The notes: generated by a model not told the origin, from the sequence alone. A stretch of 64,000 nt of DNA from Candidatus Spyradenecus sp. (GCA_051884775.1 JBJEVY010000058.1:2655-66654); one strand, 5' to 3'. Positions 29,378 through 38,737 are shown, numbered from the stretch's first letter. Numbers and translations are program-made.

Positions 29378-29463
29378 CGGCAGAGCCTCCAATTCCAAAT
29401 AAACCCAAATCACCCCCATTATACAACCACACACTCGCATTTTCCAGCAGAAAACGCCTCCCC

Positions 29464-29617
29464 CTCGGGCAGGTTGACCTCGCACCTCGGGCGGGTTCGC
29501 CTCGCACCTCGGGCGGGTTGACCTCGCACCTCGGGCGGGTTGACCTCCGACCTCGGGCGGGTTCGCCTCGCACCTCGGGCGGGTTGACCTCCGACCTCGG
29601 GCGGGTCCGCCTCTCAC
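29464..29617. repeat. Tandem array of seven 22-bp units (ctcgggcgggttgacctcgcac)
   Basis: Seven contiguous units with 1-4 substitutions each and no spacers. It lies 87-240 nt upstream of the macA-like start. Confidence 0.95.
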
Positions 29618-29947
29618 CGTTCACTGTTCACCGTTCACCGTTCACGGGCGCGCAGCGCCCTCGGGCGGGTTCATTTTTGGCTTGGGAGAGCCCGAGGTAT
29701 GAAATGGTCCTAAAAGCACATTAGCCTCTCCGTCGCGGCACGCGCGCTGTCCGCTGTCGGCTGTCGGCTGTCCGCTAGGGCGCTCTGTGCCCGCAACTGT
29801 TCACCGTTCACCGTTCACGGGCGCGCAGCGCCCACTGTCCGCTGTCGGCTGTCGGCTGTCCGCTTGGGCGCCCTGCGCCCACTGTCCGCTGTCGGCTGTC
29901 AGCTAGGGGCGTAGCCCCCTCGCCCCAAAAATAGTTGCAAAATCTGC

Positions 29948-29978
29948 TTGACACGGGGGGGGGTAGAAATGCTAGACT
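29948..29978 (+). promoter_or_regulatory. Candidate promoter with a G9 tract between TTGACA and TAGACT
   Basis: ttgaca-c-ggggggggg-tagaaatgc-tagact, about 65 nt upstream of ATG 30044. The hexamer spacing of 19 nt is longer than optimal. Confidence 0.4.
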
Positions 29979-30043
29979 AGCCTCGTCAAGTGGGAGAAGG
30001 GCCCCAAACGCCCTTCGCCAAATATGAAGGAAAGGATTGAGAA

Positions 30044-33000
30044 ATGAGAACGATAACACGCTTGGCGCTCGCGGCCCTCGCGGCTGTATGCGCCTCATCC
30101 ACCCTCGTCGCCGCCCCTGCGGCCTCGTGGACAAACTTCGGCGGTGGCATCACGAATGACGATGGCACCATTACTTATTATGGCGGGAATACTGCCTATG
30201 CGGCGACGGCTCACGGTTCGCGGCAGACGGACGGTTCGGTGCTCTTGACGGAGGGTGGAATTGAGATTGTTTTACCCAGCGCGCAGGCCCAGGTTTCGGT
30301 GATTGTGGATATGTCCGCGCCGCCGGAGACTGGCGATTACGATATCCTCGCGGTGGACACGGGCACCTACACAATGGCGGCGCGCTCAAAGAGTCGCACG
30401 CTTAACCTGCTGTATATCACCAACTCAAATAGCAATGAAACCGACCGAACCTCCAATGGTGGCACAGCCGTGTGGGGTGATGCCGAGCGTCGTTGGGTGA
30501 CGATGACGCACCAGAACAATCTAAATGGCACATCAGTCTACCTTGATGATGCCGCAGCAGCTCCAAATGATTCGGGGCTACGTTGGAGTTCTCAATCGAT
30601 TAGTAAGGTTAAGATTGGCGCGGCAGGGCAGAAGATCTACGCCATCTACCTCTATACCACACGCTTGACTCAAGCAGACATCGCGACGGCGCGTGCGGAG
30701 AATACGGCCGCGTTGGCGGTGCCGCTGAGCTTCACCTTCTCGCGGGCCGGGTTGACATCTGCCGGCAATACGATGGAGGTGCTGCAGGTGGGCGGTGGCG
30801 CAGCGAAGGGCTTGACCTTCACGGCCACATTGGGCACAAATGCCACGCGCGTGACGGAGGGGAGTGAAACCGATGAAACGGCCTTCTTCAAGTCGGTAAC
30901 CTCAGGCTCCACACTCCTGACAACGAATGGTTACCCGATGGTGCAGTGCAAGTTTTCAACAACGGGTTCAAAAGACAACGAGGGCTGGAGCATCTATCTG
31001 CCCTTCACGCCGAGCGCGGAAACAACCGTTACGCGCGTCTGCCCGCAACTCTTTGCCGTGAACGCCTCGGGTAACGTGCAGAGCGACTCCAAGGTCTTTG
31101 GCTACACGGTGACGCTCTATTCCGGTTCGGTCGACGAGACCACGGTCTCCTCTGCGACAGCCCTTGCCACCGCGACGGGCACCACGGACTCACTCACCCA
31201 GACCTTGGTCAACACCCAAGCGGCGGCCTTTGCCGATAAGGTGACTTTGAATGCCGACACGGCCTACACGATGAAACTGGCGGTGAGCGATAGCAGCACC
31301 GGCGGCGGGTCCTATTCGGGCATCGGTGGGGTGGTATTTTCCTCGGTTATTGGCCGCACCGTGAGCGGCGAGGGCACCTGGAGCAATGACTGGACAGCCG
31401 GCAGCGCGCCCGCCGATGGCAGTGCCGTCGAGCTCACCGTCTCCGACGCGGCCACCCTCTCGATGGATGCAGCCGCTTCGCTCTCTTCGCTCACCGTCCT
31501 CGACGGCTCTGCCGACAGTTCCGCTTCGCTGACCTTCTCCGGAGAGCAGAGCCTCACCTCCTCGGCCACCACCCTCAACGTCTCCACCGACGTTTCCGCC
31601 ATCACGGCCAGCCTCGGTGCCGTGACCCTCGCTGGGGGTAAGACGCTGACGGTGGGCAAATCCAGTTCGATTGTCTCGCTCTCCGGTACGGGCGGCACGG
31701 TGTCGGTGGATGCCACGGCCGAGTCGATTGCCTACGACGCGACCGCCACGATGCTTGAAATCTATCGCACCTACGGTGGCAAGGTCATCTTTAAGGGCGC
31801 GAATGCCAATGGCGTGACGCTTCCGTATGCTATCGGCAAGGGCACGATGGCGGCTAAGTTCGCTTTCGATGGCGGCACGCACACCTTCCAGTATGGCGTG
31901 AATAGTAGCCAGGTCCTCTTTGGGCCGCAGGGAACCGACGCTGACCCGACCCTCGATATCTTGGATGGGGCAACGCTGAACTTCTGCACGAAAGACCTCT
32001 CTGGATGGACTCCCCAAACCAATGCGGAAAAGGTGATTCTGCGCGTGCGAGCGGGAAGCACCCTGAACTTCACGCAATACAGTTCGAACACGGCCTACTT
32101 CAATAACCGCATTGTGTTGGACAACAACGCAACCGTGAACATCCAAAACACCAATGGTAACTTCCGGGTGAACGGGGGCGTGCGCGCTGAGGGGACGGCC
32201 CAACTGGCGATGTTGGGCGGCGAGACTGAGACTGCAGCCGATGTGACGGGCAACAACATTACCTTGGCCTCGGATCAAACACCCAAGGGCATGGGTGTCT
32301 CGGTGGGCGAGAATGCCACGCTGACGATTGCGAATGCCATCGTTGGCAACTCAGGGTGCACCTTCGCCAAGTATGGCGCAGGCACGTTGGTGTTGAGTGG
32401 AACCTTTACAGCCTCGCCAATTACCGTGGCTGCCGGCGTGCTTGGCTTCTCGGTGGCGAGTGGCGAGCGGACGGTGGGGGTTAACATCTCCGGTTCTGGC
32501 ACGGTGAAGAAACTCGGTGCGGGCACGCTCTCCTTGACGGGGACGGTCTCTACGCCGGTGGAAGTGGCCGAGGGTACGCTTGACCTGGGCACGCAGCGTT
32601 CATTGACGCTTGGCGGCATTGCCGAAGGGGCCACCCTCAAGTTGACGGCCACCGATGTTGAACTCGCCAATTGCGCCATTACCTTCTCGACCACGATGGG
32701 GACCGCGCCGGCGAAGGAACGCTTCACGGTGGTCAAGGCTGACGGTACGGCAGTGACCCTGACGGCCGAACCGACGGTCGCGGATGGCACCTTGACGGTC
32801 ACGTTGCCGCAGTCGGGCGGGATGATTACCGCGACTGGTAACTGGAGCGAGGCGGGCGTCTCGGGGGAGACGGTGGTCTATGTGCGCGGCGGCGAGAGTG
32901 CAGAATCGGCCATTACCGTGACCCTGGATGCGGACCTCTCGGGTTACACGCAGATTGCCGTCATTGGCCATGTGAAGTTCGTCACCACGGAAACTCAGGC

Positions 33001-36000
33001 GACCCTGCCCACGACGATTGCGCTGGAGAGCGGCACGGTCCTGACGGTCACCGCGAGCTTCTCGGGGGCCTACACCATCCCCAGCGGTGCCACGGTCGTG
33101 CTCGATGGCACCACGGCCATCACTTCGGCTAGCGCCCTGACGGTGAATGGCGCGCTCAAGACCCAGGGCACGGTCACCCTCTCCGGGGCGAATGCGGTTC
33201 CGGCGGGCGGCACGCTCACGGTCGAGACCGGCACGCTGACGCTAACGGCAAGCGATCGGAGTCTTGCAGGTACCGTCAATATTGCTGCGGGGGCCACTTT
33301 GGTCAATGTGACGGGCGATGCGCTGAAGTATGATGGCTCGCCGGTGGTGAATGTGCGCGGCACGCTCGACATGCGCTCGACGCGTTGGACGGTCGGTAGC
33401 GCCAACACGCTGAATGTCTACGCCGGAGCGACCATCCAGGGCGCGGGCGATTCGCATGGCGCCTTGGACTTCTACAACAGCGCCACGCACACGCTCAATG
33501 TGCCCAACGAGGGGGATGCCTCTCAGCCTGTCACCATTTCGGCCAAGCTGCGGTTGCGGCAGTCGGGCGTTACCCTCAAGTTCAATATCGCCCTTGGGAG
33601 TGCCAAGGTTAACCTCACGGGCATTGTGCGCGATGTCGGCAGCCTGGAGAAGGCCGGCTCGGGCTCTTCGCGCCTGATTCTCTCGGGCGAGAATAAGGTT
33701 TACACCGGCGCCACGACGGTCACAACTGGCTACTTGGACCTGGTGGGCGGGTGCACGCTCGCCACCTCTGGGGTGACGGTTGCCAGCGGCGCGGCGGTTA
33801 CCTTCCAGGCCGACGACGCTTCCACCGAGACCACCTACACCACGCCCTTCGCCCTCACCGGGCGGATGGATAAGGAGGGCGCGCACAGCGTCATCCTCTC
33901 CGGGGCCATCACGGGCGCAGGGGCGGTGAATGTGAAGAACGGCGGCCTCACGCTCGATGCCTCGGCCGCCACGGCAGAGGCCCCGACTGCGGTGGCCAAC
34001 CCGATTGCCGTGGGTCTGGATAGCGGCACCGCCGGCACGCTCACGGCTAAGGGCTTCCTTACCCTCTCGAATGCCTCCAATACGGTGAAGGCCACCGGCA
34101 CGCTCGCCATCGCCTCGGGCACGACCGTCCTCACCACCGCGGGTTCCGCTGGCGGCATCAAGGGCAAGCTTGCCATCGCCTCGGGCGCAACGCTCCAGTG
34201 CGGCATCGATGATGCGCCGGATTACAACGGCTCCCCGAGCTTCGAGATTGCCGGTACCCTGGAGATCACCGGCACTGCCCGTTGGTCCATCCCCAGTGGA
34301 GCGACCGTCACCCTGCACGAGGGTGCCCTGCTGAAGGGCACGGGCCCCGAGAGTGGCAGTAACTACGCCTTCGACTTCTTCGATGGTGGTGCCATTACCG
34401 CTGATGGCAACGCGACCATTGAGGCCACTGTGGGAGCCCATAAAGCCGGCCAAACGCTGACACTCACCCAGACGGCTGAGACGATGACAACAATCACGGG
34501 CGAAGTGCGTAATTCGACGACCCTGAAGGCCGCCGGCACCGGAACGGTGGTCTACGCCCCTGCTGCTGGGGTGGCGGCCACCTCCTCGCCGTTGGTTGTG
34601 GATACAGGCGCGACCTTGCAACTCTTGCCCGCTGCCGCCTTCACCCTCAATGGCACGGTGACGGGGGCGGGGACGCTGATGGTTGGCAATGGCACGGCGG
34701 CGACGGCGGTAACGTTGGCGGTGGCGGGCAATGGCGCGAATGTCACGGTCTCGCCCAAGGCCTCGCTGACGGTGGCGACCGGCGCCGGAAGCGAGGACGC
34801 GAACAAGTCCTTCGCCGATGGGAAGACGGTCACGAATAATGGCACGCTAACGCTGACCTCTGGCTATGGCTACTTCAATATTGCCGGCACCGGCAAGACG
34901 GTGGTGCCTGGTAGCGACTTCCTCTTCGGGATTGGCGGCGCGAGTGCCGAGACGCCCTTCTCGAATGGTCTGGAGGTGCCCGCTTCGGCAAACTTCCGCA
35001 TCCGCCCGTGGAATCGGAATTGGACGCTTATCGCCATGGGTACGGCGGCGGTGAATGGCTCGGTATCCGTGGATGGTGGCGATCACACGGTGACGCTCCA
35101 GATCGCGGCGGATACGACCCTCACAGGCTCGAGTACCTTCGCCATCCCGGTGGCCTTTGAGAATGCGGCCACGGCCACGATGGCTTCGGACGCGACCTTC
35201 ACCTTCTCGAACGCCCTCACGGTGCCGAAGAATGTCACGCTTCCGGGCACGGTGACCCTGGGCGAGAATGCGGTGCTCTCCGGCGCGGGTGAACTTTCGG
35301 GCACGGTGACGCTGAGCGCGGGCGTGATTATCAACGCGACCGAGTCGACCGCCTCGGGCTATCTCAAGTTGACGGGCACGGTGACCTTGGGCGACACGCT
35401 GAAGGTCAGGGCCGCCAAGCTGACGAATGTGCTCGATGTGCCGACCGCTGCCGGGTTAGACCTCGCAAAGGTCTCGCTGACGGACGATAGCACCGTCCCG
35501 ACAGGCGCCAAGCTGATGACCTCGGTCTTTACAACGGAAAGCACCTCGGTAACGACCCTGAAGTTCTTTGTCCCGCCGATGGTGCCGGAAGCGCCCGCCG
35601 AGAGTCCGCGCGAGGCTGACGTGGATACGCAGATTGCTCAGGCCGCAGAGACCTACGCCGGGTGGGGGATGGTCATCTCCGAGGTGACCGCAATCACCGG
35701 CACGGGCTCCGATGGCACCGGCACGCGCGAGATTAACGGGGCCTCGCTCTTCGAGAATGTCCTCACCCTGGCTCCTGCAGCAGTGAAGGATGATGGCACC
35801 TACACCGCCACGGCGACGGTTGCCTACGACTTCGGCTTAAGCGCGATGACGGTGAAGTCGGCGCAGTTGGGAAGTGACACCGCCGCGCGGAACTATGTGG
35901 TGCTTTGCGCGAAGGTCTCTAACGGCACCGACACGGGCGATAGCGCGGCAGACTATGGCACCACGACCACTGTCTCGCTCCTGCTCGGCGGCAAGGTCTG

Positions 36001-36175
36001 CGACGGCACCGCGGGGAATGGTCCTGCGGCGACGGAACTCACCGACGAACAGTTGACGGCCCTGGGCCTTACGCGCGGCAAGGGCGAGAAGTGGTTCGCC
36101 GTGCCGATGGCCGACTTGGCAACTGGCACGAGTGCCTTCACCGTGCGTGCTTCGCAGACGACCGCCACCCCTTAA
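30044..36175 (+). CDS. Giant secreted protein with autotransporter-associated beta-strand (PATR) repeats and an N-terminal LamG-like region
   Basis: Signal peptide MRTITRLALAALAAVCASSTLVAAPA. Recurrent K(L/Y/A)G(A/S)G(T/S)L.L(S/T)G motifs (KYGAGTLVLSG, KLGAGTLSLTG, KAGSGSSRLILSG). The composition is T/G/A/S-rich and beta-helix-like. I see no beta-barrel or sorting-signal motif at the C-terminus. Confidence 0.85.
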   Translation: MRTITRLALAALAAVCASSTLVAAPAASWTNFGGGITNDDGTITYYGGNTAYAATAHGSRQTDGSVLLTEGGIEIVLPSAQAQVSVIVDMSAPPETGDYDILAVDTGTYTMAARSKSRTLNLLYITNSNSNETDRTSNGGTAVWGDAERRWVTMTHQNNLNGTSVYLDDAAAAPNDSGLRWSSQSISKVKIGAAGQKIYAIYLYTTRLTQADIATARAENTAALAVPLSFTFSRAGLTSAGNTMEVLQVGGGAAKGLTFTATLGTNATRVTEGSETDETAFFKSVTSGSTLLTTNGYPMVQCKFSTTGSKDNEGWSIYLPFTPSAETTVTRVCPQLFAVNASGNVQSDSKVFGYTVTLYSGSVDETTVSSATALATATGTTDSLTQTLVNTQAAAFADKVTLNADTAYTMKLAVSDSSTGGGSYSGIGGVVFSSVIGRTVSGEGTWSNDWTAGSAPADGSAVELTVSDAATLSMDAAASLSSLTVLDGSADSSASLTFSGEQSLTSSATTLNVSTDVSAITASLGAVTLAGGKTLTVGKSSSIVSLSGTGGTVSVDATAESIAYDATATMLEIYRTYGGKVIFKGANANGVTLPYAIGKGTMAAKFAFDGGTHTFQYGVNSSQVLFGPQGTDADPTLDILDGATLNFCTKDLSGWTPQTNAEKVILRVRAGSTLNFTQYSSNTAYFNNRIVLDNNATVNIQNTNGNFRVNGGVRAEGTAQLAMLGGETETAADVTGNNITLASDQTPKGMGVSVGENATLTIANAIVGNSGCTFAKYGAGTLVLSGTFTASPITVAAGVLGFSVASGERTVGVNISGSGTVKKLGAGTLSLTGTVSTPVEVAEGTLDLGTQRSLTLGGIAEGATLKLTATDVELANCAITFSTTMGTAPAKERFTVVKADGTAVTLTAEPTVADGTLTVTLPQSGGMITATGNWSEAGVSGETVVYVRGGESAESAITVTLDADLSGYTQIAVIGHVKFVTTETQATLPTTIALESGTVLTVTASFSGAYTIPSGATVVLDGTTAITSASALTVNGALKTQGTVTLSGANAVPAGGTLTVETGTLTLTASDRSLAGTVNIAAGATLVNVTGDALKYDGSPVVNVRGTLDMRSTRWTVGSANTLNVYAGATIQGAGDSHGALDFYNSATHTLNVPNEGDASQPVTISAKLRLRQSGVTLKFNIALGSAKVNLTGIVRDVGSLEKAGSGSSRLILSGENKVYTGATTVTTGYLDLVGGCTLATSGVTVASGAAVTFQADDASTETTYTTPFALTGRMDKEGAHSVILSGAITGAGAVNVKNGGLTLDASAATAEAPTAVANPIAVGLDSGTAGTLTAKGFLTLSNASNTVKATGTLAIASGTTVLTTAGSAGGIKGKLAIASGATLQCGIDDAPDYNGSPSFEIAGTLEITGTARWSIPSGATVTLHEGALLKGTGPESGSNYAFDFFDGGAITADGNATIEATVGAHKAGQTLTLTQTAETMTTITGEVRNSTTLKAAGTGTVVYAPAAGVAATSSPLVVDTGATLQLLPAAAFTLNGTVTGAGTLMVGNGTAATAVTLAVAGNGANVTVSPKASLTVATGAGSEDANKSFADGKTVTNNGTLTLTSGYGYFNIAGTGKTVVPGSDFLFGIGGASAETPFSNGLEVPASANFRIRPWNRNWTLIAMGTAAVNGSVSVDGGDHTVTLQIAADTTLTGSSTFAIPVAFENAATATMASDATFTFSNALTVPKNVTLPGTVTLGENAVLSGAGELSGTVTLSAGVIINATESTASGYLKLTGTVTLGDTLKVRAAKLTNVLDVPTAAGLDLAKVSLTDDSTVPTGAKLMTSVFTTESTSVTTLKFFVPPMVPEAPAESPREADVDTQIAQAAETYAGWGMVISEVTAITGTGSDGTGTREINGASLFENVLTLAPAAVKDDGTYTATATVAYDFGLSAMTVKSAQLGSDTAARNYVVLCAKVSNGTDTGDSAADYGTTTTVSLLLGGKVCDGTAGNGPAATELTDEQLTALGLTRGKGEKWFAVPMADLATGTSAFTVRASQTTATP

Positions 36176-36208
36176 ACCATCTTTCATCCCTAACAATATA
36201 TAATCCTC

Positions 36209-36240
36209 GGCCCCGCAGGCAACTGCGGGGCCCCTTTTTT
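36209..36240 (+). terminator. Rho-independent terminator of the giant gene
   Basis: ggccccgcag-gcaa-ctgcggggcc followed by cctttttt. Confidence 0.9.
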
Positions 36241-36510
36241 CACGCCGAAACACACGCAGATTTAGCAACCACAAGTCCGAGCGAAGCGAAGGAGCTATGT
36301 CAACAAGCAACACAAAGGAACACAAAGAAAAGAAGCGCAAAGCACGCCGAGACGTACGCAGGAAGAGCAACCATAGAGAAGCGCAGGCACGCCGAAATAC
36401 ACGCAGATTTAGCAACCACAAGTCCGAGCGAAGCGAAGGAGCTATGTCAACAAGCAACACAAAGGAACACAAAGAAAAGAAGCGCAAAGCACGCCGAAAT
36501 ACACGCAGGA
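36241..36510. repeat. Duplicated ~102-bp A-rich module with a 147-bp period between the terminator and glnN
   Basis: cacgccgaaa(c/t)acacgcagatttagcaaccacaagtccgagcgaagcgaaggagctatgtcaacaagcaacacaaaggaacacaaagaaaagaagcgcaaag occurs at 36241 and 36388. Short cacgccga.a..acgcagga starts also occur at 36343 and 36490. Confidence 0.9.
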
Positions 36511-36631
36511 TGAGCCGCTTGCGTGAGGGGTGGTTCTGTGGCGCGGCATATTTGCCGCGCAGCGAGCGTTCGCGAGCGCCCCTAGTCGCTGACGCGCGCC
36601 GCGCTAACGGCTAGCGGCTAACCCCGGGTTT

Positions 36632-36640
36632 TGCTATACT
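36632..36640 (+). promoter_or_regulatory. Possible extended -10 element (TGcTATACT) for glnN
   Basis: tgctatact lies 28 nt upstream of ATG 36668, with ggag at 36658-36661 as the RBS. No convincing -35 element. Confidence 0.3.
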
Positions 36641-36667
36641 GCGCGGCGCAGTAGATTGGAGAAGCCT

Positions 36668-38737
36668 ATGAGCCTTGAAGAGTTAAAGTACGGATCTGAT
36701 GTATTTAATGAGCAGGCGATGCGCGAGTATCTGGCTAAGGATACGGTCGAGACGTTGTTGCATACGATGCGCGACCGCGCGCCGCTCGATCCTTCTATCG
36801 CCAACGAGGTGGCCCACGCCCTCAAGCAGTGGGGGATGGCGCGTGGGGCAACGCACTTTACGCATTGGTTCCAGCCGCTCACGGGCAGCACTGCCGAAAA
36901 GCACGATGCCTTCTACGAGCCGGCGGGGATGGCCGAGACCATTGCGCGCTTCTCGGGCAAGAACTTGATTATGGGCGAGCCGGATGCCTCGAGTTTCCCC
37001 TCGGGCGGGCTGCGCTGCACCTTCGAGGCGCGTGGCTACACGGCCTGGGATGTTACGAGTCCGGCCTTTATTAAGCGCCATAGCAACGGCGCCACGCTCT
37101 GCATCCCGACGGTCTTTTGCTCCTACACCGGCGAGGTGCTCGACAAGAAGACCCCGCTTCTGCGCTCGATGCAGGCGATGGACAAGGCGGTGCAGAAGTT
37201 GATGGCGTGCTTTGGCGAGACGGGCGGTCATGCGGATATTACCCTGGGCGCCGAGCAGGAGTACTTCTTGGTGGATAAGGCGCTCTGGGCCAAGCGTCCG
37301 GACCTGATGCAGTGCGGGCGGACCTTGGTGGGGGCGCCGCCGGCGCGCAGCCAGCTCTCCGAGGATCACTACTTTGGCTCCATCAAGCCGCGCGTGCTGG
37401 CCTTTATGGAGGAGGTGGAGCAGGAGCTTTGGCGCCTGGGCATTCCGGCCAAGACGCGCCACAATGAGACCGCGCCCGCGCAGTTCGAGCTCGCGCCGAT
37501 GTTCGAGGAGCTCAACCTGGCCGTGGACCACAACATGCTCATTATGGAGACCTTGCGCAATGTGGCCGAGCGGCATGGGCTGGTCTGTTTGTTGCACGAG
37601 AAGCCCTTTGCATGGGTGAATGGCTCGGGCAAGCATAACAACTGGTCGGTGGCTTACAAGGGGCGCAATCTGCTCGATCCCGGGAGCAATCCGCAGGAGA
37701 ACGCGATCTTCCTGGCGGTGCTCGCTTCGGTGGTGCGCGCGGTGGATTTGCACGCCGATGTGCTGCGCGCGGCCACGGCCTCGCTGGGGAACGATTGCCG
37801 CCTGGGGGCGCTGGAGGCGCCGCCGGCAATTGTCTCGATTTTCCTGGGCGATGAGCTGACTGGGGTGATTCGCCGGCTGGAGCAGGGGGGCGGCGAGGCC
37901 ACGCGCGGCCGGGCCGAGAAGTTGCGCATCGGCGTGGATACGCTCCCGCCGATCCCGCGCGACACCTCCGACCGTAACCGCACTTCGCCCTTCGCCTTCA
38001 CCGGCAACAAGTTCGAGTTCCGCGCGCCGGGTTCGAGCCAGAACTGCTCGGGCGTGTGCATGGTGCTCAACACGATGGTAGCCGAATCGATGGAGGTGTT
38101 GGCCGCGGCGATTGCCAAGCTGCCCAAGAAGCGCTTCCACGAGGGGCTCGAGCGCGTGCTGCGCGCCGTCTTCCGCGACCACGGCCGGGTCATCTTCAAT
38201 GGCGATGGCTACTCCGAAGCGTGGGTGGCCGAGGCCAAGAAGCGCGGTCTGCCGAACCTGCGCAACACCCCCGAGGCGTTGGCCTGCCAGATCACCGACA
38301 AGAACTTTGAGCTCTTTGCGAAGATGGGCGTGCTCACGCCCGCCGAACTGCGCTCGCGCCACGACGTTTTCCTGGCCGAGTATGAGCGCAAGCTGGGCAT
38401 CGAGGCCAAGGTGCTGCAGGAGATGGTCCGCGGTCGCGTGATTCCCGCCATTGAGGCCGAGCTGCGCCGTCTAGCCGAGACCTGGCAGGCGCTTGGGATC
38501 CTCAAGCTCAGCAAGAGCGCCGAGGCGATGCACGCGCGCGCCGAAGCGTTGGATGAGAAGCTCCAGAAGGTGGCCGAGGGCAGCGAGGCTCTCGCCCGCG
38601 CGATGGTCGGCAAGCACACCGATGACATCGTTGCCCAAATGCAGCGCCTGCGCCATGTGGTCGACTGCGCCGAAGGGCTGGTGAGTGACGACCTCTGGCC
38701 GATGCCCAAGTATCGCGAACTGCTGGCGATGAACTAA
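36668..38737 (+). CDS. glnN: Glutamine synthetase type III
   Basis: About 690 aa. N-terminus MSLEELKYGSDVFNEQAMREYL...THFTHWFQPLTGSTAEKHDAF and ...NGSGKHNNWS... are typical of GSIII. The track start 36656 is TTG, so I used ATG 36668. Confidence 0.9.
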   Translation: MSLEELKYGSDVFNEQAMREYLAKDTVETLLHTMRDRAPLDPSIANEVAHALKQWGMARGATHFTHWFQPLTGSTAEKHDAFYEPAGMAETIARFSGKNLIMGEPDASSFPSGGLRCTFEARGYTAWDVTSPAFIKRHSNGATLCIPTVFCSYTGEVLDKKTPLLRSMQAMDKAVQKLMACFGETGGHADITLGAEQEYFLVDKALWAKRPDLMQCGRTLVGAPPARSQLSEDHYFGSIKPRVLAFMEEVEQELWRLGIPAKTRHNETAPAQFELAPMFEELNLAVDHNMLIMETLRNVAERHGLVCLLHEKPFAWVNGSGKHNNWSVAYKGRNLLDPGSNPQENAIFLAVLASVVRAVDLHADVLRAATASLGNDCRLGALEAPPAIVSIFLGDELTGVIRRLEQGGGEATRGRAEKLRIGVDTLPPIPRDTSDRNRTSPFAFTGNKFEFRAPGSSQNCSGVCMVLNTMVAESMEVLAAAIAKLPKKRFHEGLERVLRAVFRDHGRVIFNGDGYSEAWVAEAKKRGLPNLRNTPEALACQITDKNFELFAKMGVLTPAELRSRHDVFLAEYERKLGIEAKVLQEMVRGRVIPAIEAELRRLAETWQALGILKLSKSAEAMHARAEALDEKLQKVAEGSEALARAMVGKHTDDIVAQMQRLRHVVDCAEGLVSDDLWPMPKYRELLAMN

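Noticed and set aside
29464-29617. Could the 22-bp repeat array be a CRISPR array?
   Set aside because: The units are strictly contiguous with no spacers, the unit is shorter than typical CRISPR repeats, and no cas genes are nearby. It is a simple tandem repeat.
29378-29617. N-terminal 80-aa extension of the macA-like ORF (MRGGPARGRRSTRPRCEANPPEV...).
   Set aside because: This segment merely translates the 22-bp tandem repeat (repeating STRPRCEANPPEV). A proper lipoprotein/TM-like N-terminus, MKKGIGLLLVLAAIGG, starts at 29377.
36539-36555. Sigma-54-like promoter (TGGCGC-N7-TTGC) upstream of glnN.
   Set aside because: The GG-to-GC spacing is 2 nt longer than the strict TGGCAC-N5-TTGC geometry that sigma-54 requires, so it is probably a chance match.
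36297-36614. 105-aa highly basic ORF spanning the duplicated module upstream of glnN.
   Set aside because: Its repetitiveness only mirrors the DNA duplication, and the SD-like aaggag is just 2 nt from the ATG. The composition (K/R/S/N-rich, then a GC-rich read-through tail) looks non-coding. It is kept only as a remark under the repeat finding.
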